From NCBI GenBank assembly GCA_944363595.1, contig CALVUN010000010.1, positions 6,852 through 70,851 on the forward strand: a stretch of DNA of 64,000 nt, written 5' to 3'. Shown here piece by piece: positions 1 through 9,772 of this stretch. This stretch comes from an uncultured Bacilli bacterium. Lineage in GTDB: Bacteria > Bacillota_I > Bacilli_A > RF39 > UBA660. The notes under the pieces are model-generated. The model saw nothing but the letters and a program-made list of their open reading frames with translations, made no database searches and was not told the DNA's origin. Every line of letters starts with the position of its first letter. The stretch's first letter is position 1. A program made the translations under genes and the position numbers.

Positions 1-58
1 ACTTTTTTCTATATCCAAATAGTCTACTAATCAATAATAAAAGCATATATTATTGTAG

Positions 59-433
59 GTGATTATCATGACTAAGATTGAAGAATTTAAAAGCTTTGTA
101 AAACAAAACCCAATACTTATTAACTATGTCCAAAAAGGCGAAATGACATGGCAAAAATTTTATGAAATATACGATTTATATGGTGAAGATGAAAACATTT
201 GGCATTCATATAAAGAAAGTCCCACACCTCAAAAAAGTATTTCCAATAATAGCAAATTAACCCTAAACGATCTAATAGGTATGGCCAAAAATATTGACGT
301 CGATAAAGTCCAAGATGGTATAACATCATTACAAAAAGCCATTAGTCTCTTTGGTGATCTCTTCATAAAAGATAACAAAACTAAAGAAAACAACTACGAA
401 CCCCGTCCCATTTACCGCAAATTCGACGACTGA
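59..433 (+). CDS. hypothetical protein, possibly YlbD-like; translationally coupled to the next ORF by an ATGA overlap
   Basis: ORF of 124 aa. Its stop overlaps the start of the next ORF. The size and pairing with a roughly 73-aa partner recall the B. subtilis ylbD-ylbE pair, recalled from memory rather than searched. Confidence 0.35.
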   Translation: MIIMTKIEEFKSFVKQNPILINYVQKGEMTWQKFYEIYDLYGEDENIWHSYKESPTPQKSISNNSKLTLNDLIGMAKNIDVDKVQDGITSLQKAISLFGDLFIKDNKTKENNYEPRPIYRKFDD

Positions 434-654
434 TGAACTTAGAATTACAATATAAAATAAATACCAATGACAAATATAAACACTTTTTACATGAAAACTC
501 CCATTGGTATAAACAATTAAATAGAGATCCCTTAAGTTTCAAAGCTTTTGTTAACGATATGAAAGACAAATACGAATTAAAGCCAACAGATAAAATCAAT
601 AAAGCCTTAAATAATATAAGCATGTTACAAATGTTTTTAGATGTCTTAAAATAG
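433..654 (+). CDS. hypothetical small protein, YlbE-like
   Basis: 73 aa. The HFLHENSHWYKQLNRDP ... LQMF pattern resembles the YlbE-like family (my recollection). Confidence 0.35.
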   Translation: MNLELQYKINTNDKYKHFLHENSHWYKQLNRDPLSFKAFVNDMKDKYELKPTDKINKALNNISMLQMFLDVLK

Positions 655-673
655 ATTAAATTCTATTTTTTTC

Positions 674-702
674 TTGTCCTTTTTTTTAAATTATTATATA
701 AT
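674..702 (+). promoter_or_regulatory. sigmaA-type promoter (TTGTCC-17-TATAAT) for the GT2 gene
   Basis: -35 TTGTCC at 674-679, a 17-nt spacer, and -10 TATAAT at 697-702. Confidence 0.5.
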
Positions 703-729
703 AATTATAGTAGAAAAGAGGAAGAAGTA

Positions 730-1956
730 ATGTTATTTATATATATATTATGTTTAATTTTAGCAGCCATAAGTCTAATTATTTTTATATCCAATCGCTT
801 ATTAGAGGGTGAAAACAATAACCATCCCCTTAAAGAAGAAAACAAAGATCCCGAATTTTGTATATTAATACCAGCGAAAGATGAATCCAAAGTCATAAGG
901 GGCTCTATTGAAAGTATCAAAAATCAAACCTATAAAATAAAAATGTCCAATGTCTATGTAATCGTCGAAGATATTAAAGATCCAACCGTTAACATATGTA
1001 AAGAATATAACTGTAGTTATATCGTAAGAGAACACTTAGAATTAAAAAGAAAAGGTTATGCCCTAGATGAAGCAATTAAACAAATAAAAAAAACATACGA
1101 TGCCTATTTCATCATCGATGCCGATAATATATTAGATAAAAATTTCCTAAAATATATGAATAAAGTATACCAAAAAGGTTATGACATTGGTGTAGGATAT
1201 CGTGATAACAAAAACTGGTCAAGTAACGTTATCTCAGCTTGTTCAGGTCTCGTTTTCACTATTGCCAATAATATCAATAAAAGAAAAAACAAAACAAACG
1301 AAAACATAACCATCACTGGCACTGGCTTCTATATCAAAGGAAATATTATTAAATCATTCGGTGGCTATCCCTTTCATGAAATAACCGAAGATTACGAATT
1401 AACTCTCTATGCTACCGTTAACAAATTAACAACCTATTATGAAGAAAAAGCCATTTTCTATGATGAACAACCAACAACCCTAAAAGCATCAATAAAACAA
1501 CGTATTCGTTGGATAAGAGGTTACTTCAATGCTAGAGTAAACTATCTACCCAAGTTAAGAGAAAAAATCTTCGATAATCATATGAATTATGGATCTGTCT
1601 ATAAAGAAATAATGTGGTTAAGACCAATCCTTATCTTAGCATTAGCCTTCGTAATCTTCTATATAGCCATTATTATAAATCAAATATATATGTTAATAAC
1701 ATCGACATATAATCCCCAAAGCCTAATTTTAGGTATCATCATAATAGGCATAACCTATCTAATTATGCTCATATTTACCATATATCAATTAATTATCGAA
1801 AGAAAACATATCAAAGTAAAAAATAGCCTCAAAATAAAAATAATCTTCTATAATCCCATCTTTCTTTTAACATTCATCTACTGTGCCGTAGTAGCACTCA
1901 TAAACAAAAATATAACCTGGGAAAAAATCGAACATACCAAAACCAATATCGAATAG
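730..1956 (+). CDS. processive family-2 glycosyltransferase (cellulose/chitin-synthase-like, membrane bound)
   Basis: N-terminal transmembrane segment, DXD motifs (IIDADN), a QRIRW (QxxRW) motif and several C-terminal transmembrane helices. Confidence 0.75.
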   Translation: MLFIYILCLILAAISLIIFISNRLLEGENNNHPLKEENKDPEFCILIPAKDESKVIRGSIESIKNQTYKIKMSNVYVIVEDIKDPTVNICKEYNCSYIVREHLELKRKGYALDEAIKQIKKTYDAYFIIDADNILDKNFLKYMNKVYQKGYDIGVGYRDNKNWSSNVISACSGLVFTIANNINKRKNKTNENITITGTGFYIKGNIIKSFGGYPFHEITEDYELTLYATVNKLTTYYEEKAIFYDEQPTTLKASIKQRIRWIRGYFNARVNYLPKLREKIFDNHMNYGSVYKEIMWLRPILILALAFVIFYIAIIINQIYMLITSTYNPQSLILGIIIIGITYLIMLIFTIYQLIIERKHIKVKNSLKIKIIFYNPIFLLTFIYCAVVALINKNITWEKIEHTKTNIE

Positions 1957-2036
1957 ACTTTACCAAGTCTTTTTCTTTACAAAGCCAAACAGATATAGTA
2001 TAATTTATTAAAGAAAGACAAGAATGGAGGTAAATC

Positions 2037-2600
2037 ATGAATAAAATGTTTGCCATTGTAGGCATGTGTGGTTCCGGTAAATCAATTGCCTCTGAATATT
2101 TAGAAAATAAAGGATGGACTAAAATATATTTTGGGGGCGTAACCATGAAAAAACTAACTGAAGAAAACTTACCCATAACACCCGAAAACGAAAAAATGAT
2201 GAGAAATCGTCTACGTAAGGAGTTAGGCATGGACGCCTATGCTAAAATACTAATACCAGAGATAAAAGAAGCAATCAAACATAATAATGTCGTTTTAGAT
2301 GGCGTATACTCTTGGGATGAAGTCAAAGAACTAAGCAATGAATTTAAAGATAATTTAACAATAATCAGTATTGTCGTCGATAAACAATTACGTTATCAAA
2401 GACTAGGGGTAAGAAAAATAAGACCTCTAAATATCAAACAAGCCATAGATAGAGATATATCCGAAATAGAAAACTTAGCCAAAGGAGGACCAATCGGATA
2501 TGCTGATTACTATATTTTCAATAATGGCACTATCCCTGAATATTACGAAAGATTAGAAGAAATAATAAGGAAGAAGGATAATAATGAAAAAAATGACTAG
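2037..2600 (+). CDS. P-loop nucleotide kinase, dephospho-CoA-kinase-like (archaeal UPF0200-like)
   Basis: Walker A motif GMCGSGKS. The TPENE...LRKELG.DAYAKILIP...VVLDGV...DRD pattern resembles archaeal-type DPCK-like kinases. Its 3' end overlaps alaS by 17 nt. Confidence 0.55.
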   Translation: MNKMFAIVGMCGSGKSIASEYLENKGWTKIYFGGVTMKKLTEENLPITPENEKMMRNRLRKELGMDAYAKILIPEIKEAIKHNNVVLDGVYSWDEVKELSNEFKDNLTIISIVVDKQLRYQRLGVRKIRPLNIKQAIDRDISEIENLAKGGPIGYADYYIFNNGTIPEYYERLEEIIRKKDNNEKND

Positions 2601-5283
2601 TGAACAAATAATAAGAACATATCTTGATTTTTTTAAAGAAAGAGGTCACTTAGAGATACCAAGTAGTTCTCTAATACCCAAAGACGATCCAACTATACTT
2701 TGGATAAATGCCGGAGTAACACCCCTAAAAAAATATTTCGATGGAAGTGTCATACCCACTAATCGTCGCTTAACAAGTTGCCAAAAATGCATTAGAACAG
2801 GTGATATCGAAAGTGTCGGTAAAACTGCCCGTCATCACACCTTTTTTCAAATGCTAGGTAACTTTTCAGTAGGAGATTACTTCAAAAAAGAAGCTTTAAC
2901 ATGGGCTTACGAATTATTAACAAGTGAAAAATACTTTGGTTTAGATAAAAACAAATTATATATAACTGTCTATCCCGCTGATGAAGAAGCCTACAATTTG
3001 TGGGTAAGCTTAGGTATTGATCCATCACATATTATCAAATTAGAAAATAACTTTTGGGAAATAGGACCAGGACCAAGTGGCCCTGATAGCGAAATATTCT
3101 ATGACCGTGGTGAAAAATACGATCCGCAAAAACAGGGAATCAAACTATTAGAACAAGAAATAGAAAACGATCGCTATATCGAAATTTGGAATAACGTCTT
3201 TAGCCAATACAATGCCAAAGAAGGTGTACCAAGAAGTGCCTATGAAGAATTACCAAGTAAAAATATCGATACTGGTATGGGAGTCGAAAGAATGGCCTGC
3301 ATTATGCAAGAAACCGAAACCAATTACGAAACTGACCTCTTCATGCCAATTATGGATGCCATTTCCCAAATAGCCAAAATAGAATACTTAGGTCAAATGG
3401 AATTCAAAGTAATCGCCGATCACATAAGAAGTTTAACTTTTGCCCTATCCGATGGAGCAACTTTTAGTAACTATGGTCGTGGTTATGTTCTAAGAAGACT
3501 ATTAAGAAGAGCTGTACGTATGAGTCGCAAATTAAACATCAACCATAGCTTTATGGCCGAATTAGTCGATGTCGTTGTAGATAAATACAATAGCATTTAT
3601 CCCGAATTAAACCAAACCAAAGGACTTGTCAAAGAACTAATTACCAAAGAAGAAGAATTATTCCATCGTACCTTACTATCAGGTGAGAAAAAACTAGAAG
3701 AAATATTCACCACAAGTCCCGTTAAACAAATAAATGGCAGTGATGCTTTCAAACTATACGATACCTATGGTTTTCCTATCGAATTAACAGTCGAATACGC
3801 AAATGAACAAGGCTTTACTGTCGATACCGATGGCTTTCAAAAATACATGAATGCCCAAAAAGAACTAGCCAGAAGTAGCCGTAAAGTAGAAGCAAGTATG
3901 AATCTACAAAACGAAGCATTAATGAACTTTACAGAAGAAAGTACATTTATCGGTTACGATACCCTAGGCTCTGAGACAACTGTTATAGCCATTATGAAAG
4001 ACAATAATTTTGTCGATAGCTTAAATGATGAAGGATATCTAATATTAAAAGAAAATCCCTTCTATGCCGAATCAGGTGGTCAAATTGATGATACAGGTTA
4101 TCTAAAAAATGACCATTTCAAAGCAGAAGTCATGGAAGTAGTCAAAGCTCCTAATAAACAACACTTATTATATGTCAAAGTACTAGAGGGCCAAGTCAAC
4201 AAAAATGATACCGTCTTAACTCACGTATCTCAAGAAAAAAGAGAAAGCATTACCAGAAATCACAGTGCTACCCACTTACTTCAAAAAACATTACAAGAAT
4301 TTTTAGGCACTAACGTCCATCAAGCAGGTTCCAAAGTCGAAGAAGAAACCTTCCGTTTCGATTTCACTTATCCAGGTCGTTTAAGTGATGAAATAATCGT
4401 TAAAATAGAAAATAGTATCAACGATAAAGTCAATGCTGCTTATGAAACAAAAATTGAATATATGAAGAAAGAAGAAGCAATTGCCAAAGGAGCTATGGCC
4501 TTATTTGATAACAAATATACAGATAATGTAAGAGTTGTTACCATGGGACCATCAATTGAACTATGCGGTGGAACCCACGTCAAAAATACCAAAGATATAG
4601 GTCATGTTGCTATCATTTCCGTTGAAAACAAAGGAGCAGATACTTTCCGTATCGTGGGTGCCACAGATAACAACATCGCCAAAGCCTTATATGAAGCAAT
4701 AAAACCATATAACGACGAAATGAAAAAGCTCCTATCCAAAGCCAAAAAAATAATCGAAGAAGCCCATACTCTAGGTATCGATCTAACTTTAGATTTTAAC
4801 ATCAATAATGATTTACCAACCGGATATAAAGATATAATCTATAATAAACAAGAACTAGCTACATTAAAAGAAAGTATCAAAGAACTAGAAAAAACATATC
4901 TATCACAAAAGACAGCCAAGTCCATTAGTGATTTATCCGCTTTCATCGATAGTAAAGAAGAAATAAATAACATAAATGTAATTATAGCTATCACTAAAGA
5001 TTACGAAATATCTGTCTTAAAACAAGTTGTCGATGCCTTATCAAACCAAGTACCAAATAGTTTTATTCTCTTAGCTAACCTAAAAGAAAATAATGCCAAT
5101 TTCATTGCCAAAAGCAATACATCAAATGAAAAACTTAACTGTGGTAGCATTATCAAAGACTTGTCTATCAAATGTGGTGGCAATGGGGGAGGTAATCAAC
5201 ACTTTGCCCAAGGCGGTGGAACAAATGCTAGTGAATTAGGAACCCTTTTAGGTGAAGTAAAAGAAACAATCAAGAACCTTTAA
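2584..5283 (+). CDS. alaS: alanyl-tRNA synthetase
   Basis: 899 aa with full-length AlaS hallmarks: catalytic core, the editing-domain motifs HSATHLL and CGGTHV, and the C-terminal DHHA1-like GGGNGGG motif. Confidence 0.95.
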   Translation: MKKMTSEQIIRTYLDFFKERGHLEIPSSSLIPKDDPTILWINAGVTPLKKYFDGSVIPTNRRLTSCQKCIRTGDIESVGKTARHHTFFQMLGNFSVGDYFKKEALTWAYELLTSEKYFGLDKNKLYITVYPADEEAYNLWVSLGIDPSHIIKLENNFWEIGPGPSGPDSEIFYDRGEKYDPQKQGIKLLEQEIENDRYIEIWNNVFSQYNAKEGVPRSAYEELPSKNIDTGMGVERMACIMQETETNYETDLFMPIMDAISQIAKIEYLGQMEFKVIADHIRSLTFALSDGATFSNYGRGYVLRRLLRRAVRMSRKLNINHSFMAELVDVVVDKYNSIYPELNQTKGLVKELITKEEELFHRTLLSGEKKLEEIFTTSPVKQINGSDAFKLYDTYGFPIELTVEYANEQGFTVDTDGFQKYMNAQKELARSSRKVEASMNLQNEALMNFTEESTFIGYDTLGSETTVIAIMKDNNFVDSLNDEGYLILKENPFYAESGGQIDDTGYLKNDHFKAEVMEVVKAPNKQHLLYVKVLEGQVNKNDTVLTHVSQEKRESITRNHSATHLLQKTLQEFLGTNVHQAGSKVEEETFRFDFTYPGRLSDEIIVKIENSINDKVNAAYETKIEYMKKEEAIAKGAMALFDNKYTDNVRVVTMGPSIELCGGTHVKNTKDIGHVAIISVENKGADTFRIVGATDNNIAKALYEAIKPYNDEMKKLLSKAKKIIEEAHTLGIDLTLDFNINNDLPTGYKDIIYNKQELATLKESIKELEKTYLSQKTAKSISDLSAFIDSKEEINNINVIIAITKDYEISVLKQVVDALSNQVPNSFILLANLKENNANFIAKSNTSNEKLNCGSIIKDLSIKCGGNGGGNQHFAQGGGTNASELGTLLGEVKETIKNL

Positions 5284-5296
5284 GGTTCTTTTTTCT
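5266..5296 (+). terminator. rho-independent terminator after alaS
   Basis: Palindrome AGAACCTTAAGGTTCT followed by TTTTTTC. Confidence 0.6.
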
Positions 5297-5360
5297 TATT
5301 CCCTTGACAAATACAAAAACAATTGCTAAAATATATTTTCAAAAAAAGGGGGGGATAAAA

Positions 5361-6104
5361 ATGGATAAAGTATATGGCTTTACCAATGAAAACTTAGCAT
5401 CATTTACCCAAATATATGAGTTTAATAATGCTAGTGTCTTAACTGTTCTTGGAAGTGGTGATCAATATTTCCTAGCCAAACTAAATCAAGCTCAAAATGT
5501 CGATGTTTTCGATATCAATTATTTAACATGGTATCACTTCATCCTAAAATATACCGCTATTAAAGTATTATCACATGAAGAATTTATCCAAATGTTTATC
5601 AAAGATAACTTAGACAATCAAGAAATATATAACAAAATAAGTCCATATCTACCAAATGAAGTAAAATATTTCTTTGATAAATTAATCAAATTAAACCGCA
5701 AATTTTCATCGATAAAAATCAAAAATACAATCTTTAAAAATACCACCAAAGAGTATATACCATATTTAGCTAAAGATAAATATTACCAACTACAAAACAT
5801 CCTAAAAACAAGTACCTTACCACATTTCTATAACTATAATCTAATAAATTTACCCAACCATTTAACAAGTACTTACGATATAGCTTTGCTATCCAATATC
5901 TATCATTATCTACCTATCGATTGCCAAACATATCGTAAATTCTTAGATACTATACCATCACAAAATATCCTAGCTTTCTATACGTGGATATTAAATAAAG
6001 AAGAATATAATGAATTTTTAGCCAATGGTTTTAACATCACTAAAGTAGACAGCGTTATCAATCAAAAAGATTATGTTATCACTCTAAAACGTCATCTAAA
6101 ATAA
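5361..6104 (+). CDS. hypothetical protein (possibly DUF3419/BtaA-like SAM-dependent fold)
   Basis: The start is placed at MDKVYG, after a ribosome-binding site containing a G7 run (5348-5354). The VLTVLGSGDQ motif supports the family guess. The 5304 start given by the ORF track has no ribosome-binding site. Confidence 0.45.
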   Translation: MDKVYGFTNENLASFTQIYEFNNASVLTVLGSGDQYFLAKLNQAQNVDVFDINYLTWYHFILKYTAIKVLSHEEFIQMFIKDNLDNQEIYNKISPYLPNEVKYFFDKLIKLNRKFSSIKIKNTIFKNTTKEYIPYLAKDKYYQLQNILKTSTLPHFYNYNLINLPNHLTSTYDIALLSNIYHYLPIDCQTYRKFLDTIPSQNILAFYTWILNKEEYNEFLANGFNITKVDSVINQKDYVITLKRHLK

Positions 6105-6178
6105 GCAAATAAATATCACTTTCCTAAGATAATAATATAGTTTAAAACAAATGTTTCATCACCAAAGCCAACCTAAAT

Positions 6179-6207
6179 TTGACATAGAAGCCCAAATATG
6201 GTACAAT
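6179..6207 (+). promoter_or_regulatory. sigmaA promoter TTGACA-17-TACAAT (extended TG)
   Basis: Read directly from the sequence upstream of 6246. Confidence 0.5.
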
Positions 6208-6245
6208 AGAGAAGCTTTTTCAAAAAAAGCAAGAGGTGAATTAAA

Positions 6246-6887
6246 GTGAAAATATCAGGGCTGTCACTCGTGGGAATTATAACTATCTTATGTATAATTG
6301 CCACGATGACAACGTATAAATTATTATTAGTTCAAGATAAGACATCATACGAAACCATGATAGCAAGCATTGAAACACCTAAAACCAAACAACAAGAAAT
6401 CTCAAATGAAGATGCCACGATGAAAGAAGTTGCTCAAAATACCATTAATAAACTTGATGATATAACTATTACAGAACCAATTGTCTATGACAATATGACT
6501 CTAGATGAATTAGCTAATAAATTAGAAAAATCATTAAATAGTGACTTAAAAGGTTATGGTTATACTTTCGCAGCTTACTCAACTAAATTAGGTATCGACC
6601 CATATTTAGCACTAGGTATCGTTTTAGAAGAAACAGGATGTAAATGGAATTGTAGTTATCTTGTCAAAGAATGTAATAATATCGGGGGGCAAAAAGGAAC
6701 CGGTTGTGGTGCTTATCAAGCATATCCAACCCTAGAAGAAGGAATATATGGCTTTTTAAATAACATATATAATAACTATTATGCATATGGATTAACCACT
6801 GCTGAAGCAATGAATCCCAAATATGCTGAAAACCCCGCTTGGGCATCTAATGTTAATGCTCATATCATAAAAATAAAAAATAACTAA
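6246..6887 (+). CDS. secreted peptidoglycan hydrolase with a glucosaminidase (FlgJ-like) domain; GTG start
   Basis: N-terminal transmembrane/signal segment. The YLALGIVLEETGCKWNCSYLVKECNNIGGQKG region resembles a mannosyl-glycoprotein endo-beta-N-acetylglucosaminidase domain. The GTG start is preceded by an AGAGGTGA ribosome-binding site. Confidence 0.6.
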   Translation: MKISGLSLVGIITILCIIATMTTYKLLLVQDKTSYETMIASIETPKTKQQEISNEDATMKEVAQNTINKLDDITITEPIVYDNMTLDELANKLEKSLNSDLKGYGYTFAAYSTKLGIDPYLALGIVLEETGCKWNCSYLVKECNNIGGQKGTGCGAYQAYPTLEEGIYGFLNNIYNNYYAYGLTTAEAMNPKYAENPAWASNVNAHIIKIKNN

Positions 6888-6904
6888 TAATAATTATGTA
6901 AATA

Positions 6905-6935
6905 CTAGACAATTATCTAGTATTTTTTTCTTATT
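6905..6935 (+). terminator. rho-independent terminator
   Basis: Hairpin ATACTAGAcaattATCTAGTAT followed by T7. Confidence 0.6.
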
Positions 6936-6962
6936 TATGTTATTATTAAAATGGTGAAAAAA

Positions 6963-7898
6963 ATGAAAAAGATAAATATCGTCTTCATGGGAACTCCAAC
7001 TTTTGCCGTTCCTATTTTAGAAGCATTAATAAAAAATTATAACGTAACATTAGTAGTATCACAACCAGATCGTGAAAAAAACAGGCAAGGAAAACTATTA
7101 CCAACCCCTATAAAAAAATTAGCTCTTGATAATAACATCGAAGTCTTTCAACCAATAAAGATTAAAGAAGATTATCAAAAAATAATCGATCATCATCCAG
7201 ATATTATCATAACTTGTGCGTATGGCCAAATCATTCCCGATATCCTATTAAATTATCCAAAATATGGTGCCATTAATGTCCACGGATCCCTTCTTCCTCA
7301 TTTAAGAGGGGGAGCACCCATTCACTGGGCACTCATCAATGGTGATAAAAAAACAGGTATTACAATAATGTATATGAGTAGCAAAATGGATGCTGGCGAT
7401 ATCATCAGCCAAGCCGAAATTCCCATTTTAGATAATGATAACTTAGATACCCTATATCCCAAACTATCCAACTTAGGCAAAGACTTACTATTAAAAACCT
7501 TGCCAGACATAATAAATAACCAAATAACCCCTATAAAGCAAGATGAAAGTAAAGTAACATATGGCCTCAATATCAAAAAAGAAGAAGAAAAAATAAACTT
7601 TAACCAAAAAGCCATAAATATCCATAATCACATAAGAGGACTAAGTTCCAAACCAGGAGCCTATTGCTATTTAGATAATAAACGTCTAAAAATTTATCAA
7701 GCCCAAGTTACAAACATACCCTCTAAAGAAGAAGTAGGTACCATTGAAAAAATAACCAAAGATAGTTTAATGGTAGCAACTAAAGATTATTTATTAGAAA
7801 TAAAAGATATCCAAATCGAAGGCAAAAAAAGATGTTTAGTAAGTAATTACTTAAATGGAATAAATAAAGAAGAACTAATAAATAAAAAATTAAAGTAG
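6963..7898 (+). CDS. fmt: methionyl-tRNA formyltransferase
   Basis: Motifs IVFMGTP and HGSLLPHLRGGAPIHWALINGDKKTGITIM. Start moved to the ATG after GGTGA, from the ORF-track start at 6951. Confidence 0.9.
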   Translation: MKKINIVFMGTPTFAVPILEALIKNYNVTLVVSQPDREKNRQGKLLPTPIKKLALDNNIEVFQPIKIKEDYQKIIDHHPDIIITCAYGQIIPDILLNYPKYGAINVHGSLLPHLRGGAPIHWALINGDKKTGITIMYMSSKMDAGDIISQAEIPILDNDNLDTLYPKLSNLGKDLLLKTLPDIINNQITPIKQDESKVTYGLNIKKEEEKINFNQKAINIHNHIRGLSSKPGAYCYLDNKRLKIYQAQVTNIPSKEEVGTIEKITKDSLMVATKDYLLEIKDIQIEGKKRCLVSNYLNGINKEELINKKLK

Positions 7899-7912
7899 AA
7901 AGAGTGGTTAGT

Positions 7913-8749
7913 ATGGAAAATAAAAAAGAAAAAACAAGTATCAAAGAAAAATGGCAAAATTCCCAGTTTAAAGCAGCCACCAAATTAGGTCTTTATGGCG
8001 TTTTAATTATCGGTATTATCCTATATATAAATATATCCAGTGCTATCCAAAGACCTACTCAAGAAAATAACGAAACCAATACAACAAACGAAGAAGAAAA
8101 TACCAATTTATTAACAAAATTAGATAACCAAAACTATGCATTTAATATAAATATTACCATAAGTAAAGATCCCAATTATAACGAAGAATCATCCACATTA
8201 AATGAAGAACTAAGTGATGAAACATCCACTATTGAAGAAGAACCAACCATAACGGACCCTACAGAAGAAAATCCAAGTCCCAAAGATACCATCATAACTT
8301 ATCAAGGCCAAAGAAACAAAAACATAATTACCGTAATAAAAAATAATACCGATGAATATTATATTGATGACGATACATATTACAAAAAAATAAATGACAA
8401 ATACGAATTAACTAACGAAAACGATCTCTTTGATACTATCGAACATCGTTACTTAGATCTAGATAACATTAAAGAGTACATCAAAAAAGGCCATGTAGAA
8501 CACGATACCACTGATGTTGATAAAAGTCTCATCATCATAAAAGTCCCTCTAAATGCAATCATACCATCCCATCAAGGATTAGAAGAAATAAATATCGAAA
8601 TATTAGAAGAAGAAAACCAATTAACATTGACTATAGATTATACAACCTTGATGCAATTAGAAGATGAAGAAATAACTAACTATAAAATAATAATAGAGTA
8701 TAGTAACATCGATTCTATCGGAGAAATCAACAATCCAACTTTACAATAA
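7913..8749 (+). CDS. hypothetical membrane-anchored acidic protein
   Basis: One N-terminal transmembrane segment, then a Thr/Glu/Asn-rich low-complexity region. No family recognised. Confidence 0.5.
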   Translation: MENKKEKTSIKEKWQNSQFKAATKLGLYGVLIIGIILYINISSAIQRPTQENNETNTTNEEENTNLLTKLDNQNYAFNINITISKDPNYNEESSTLNEELSDETSTIEEEPTITDPTEENPSPKDTIITYQGQRNKNIITVIKNNTDEYYIDDDTYYKKINDKYELTNENDLFDTIEHRYLDLDNIKEYIKKGHVEHDTTDVDKSLIIIKVPLNAIIPSHQGLEEINIEILEEENQLTLTIDYTTLMQLEDEEITNYKIIIEYSNIDSIGEINNPTLQ

Positions 8750-8782
8750 CACAATTTCCCACAATCACTTCTATCAAAATAC

Positions 8783-8810
8783 TTGCATTTTTTTAAAGAT
8801 ATGATATAAT
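8783..8810 (+). promoter_or_regulatory. sigmaA promoter (TTGCAT-16-TGaTATAAT) driving a micro-ORF unit
   Basis: -35 box, extended -10, and a downstream 60-nt leader containing the near-palindrome TAGATAGATAT/ATCTATCAGATAG. Confidence 0.45.
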
Positions 8811-8879
8811 TAAGTTGTAGATAGATATGCGATAATCTATCAGATAGTTTGAATCTGAAAATGAAAGGAGGGAATGCTT

Positions 8880-8918
8880 ATGTGGAGCTTCATCTTAAGA
8901 ATTTTTGGATTTCACTAG
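8880..8918 (+). CDS. 12-codon micro-ORF (MWSFILRIFGFH) with its own ribosome-binding site, between a promoter and a terminator
   Basis: Ribosome-binding site AAAGGAGGG 7 nt upstream. The ORF is followed directly by terminator 8921-8952. It is not in the ORF track. Confidence 0.35.
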   Translation: MWSFILRIFGFH

Positions 8919-8920
8919 AA

Positions 8921-8952
8921 ATATAAAAGGCAATTAAAACATTGCCTTTTAT
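8921..8952 (+). terminator. rho-independent terminator
   Basis: Hairpin AAAAGGCAATtaaaacATTGCCTTTT followed by a T-rich tail. Confidence 0.6.
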
Positions 8953-9039
8953 ATTTCCTTGTCAATCAAATGTAAATAATAAAATTATAGTTGTTTTTTT
9001 TTCCTCTTTTTGTTAAAATAAAACTAAGAGGTGTAAAGA

Positions 9040-9747
9040 ATGAATAAACAAAAAGAAAGTAACATCTTTAGCCCATTAAACATAAGCATTTGCGTAATAC
9101 TTTTATACTTTATATGGCCATATTTCATGAATGCCCTTGTCAATATGGCTAATATCAAGGGGACACTTGCCCTTTATATGCAGTTTATCGCCGATTTCTT
9201 CCTTTTAGGACTAATAATATTTATTTACTATCAAAGTATCAAAGAAGATTTTCGCAAATTAAAAAATAATATCAAAAAGTATGCTCTAAAAAGTCTAATA
9301 ATTTTTGCTATTGGCCTCGGTATATATACTATAGTAAGCATATTAATAGTTAATATCTTTCCTAATATCGAAAGTGACAATACCAATAGTCTTTTAAACA
9401 TCTTCAATAAAAAACCAATCTTATTATTCATTAGCACCGTCTTTTATTATCCCGTAATAGAAGAATTAGTATTTAAAAAAACATTTAAAGGCATAATAAA
9501 TAACAAATGGCTATTCATTATAATAACCGCAATATTAAATGCATCATTTGAAGTATTATTAAGTTATAATAATCCTATTAATATCATCAATATCATTCCA
9601 AGTTTCATTCTGTATGCAACTTATTCATATATGTATTACGAAAGTGACAATATCGTTGTTCCTATCGCCTATCGTATGCTATATAATTTAATACCAAATA
9701 TTGCAACACTATTGTCAATTAGTAGTATTCTCGTATTTTGGCATTAA
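9040..9747 (+). CDS. CPBP family intramembrane glutamic endopeptidase (CAAX protease / Abi-like, bacteriocin-immunity-type)
   Basis: Multi-pass membrane protein with the EELVFK (EExxxR-like) motif 1. Confidence 0.7.
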   Translation: MNKQKESNIFSPLNISICVILLYFIWPYFMNALVNMANIKGTLALYMQFIADFFLLGLIIFIYYQSIKEDFRKLKNNIKKYALKSLIIFAIGLGIYTIVSILIVNIFPNIESDNTNSLLNIFNKKPILLFISTVFYYPVIEELVFKKTFKGIINNKWLFIIITAILNASFEVLLSYNNPINIINIIPSFILYATYSYMYYESDNIVVPIAYRMLYNLIPNIATLLSISSILVFWH

Positions 9748-9772
9748 TATTAGAGAAAGGAGAACCTATCAT

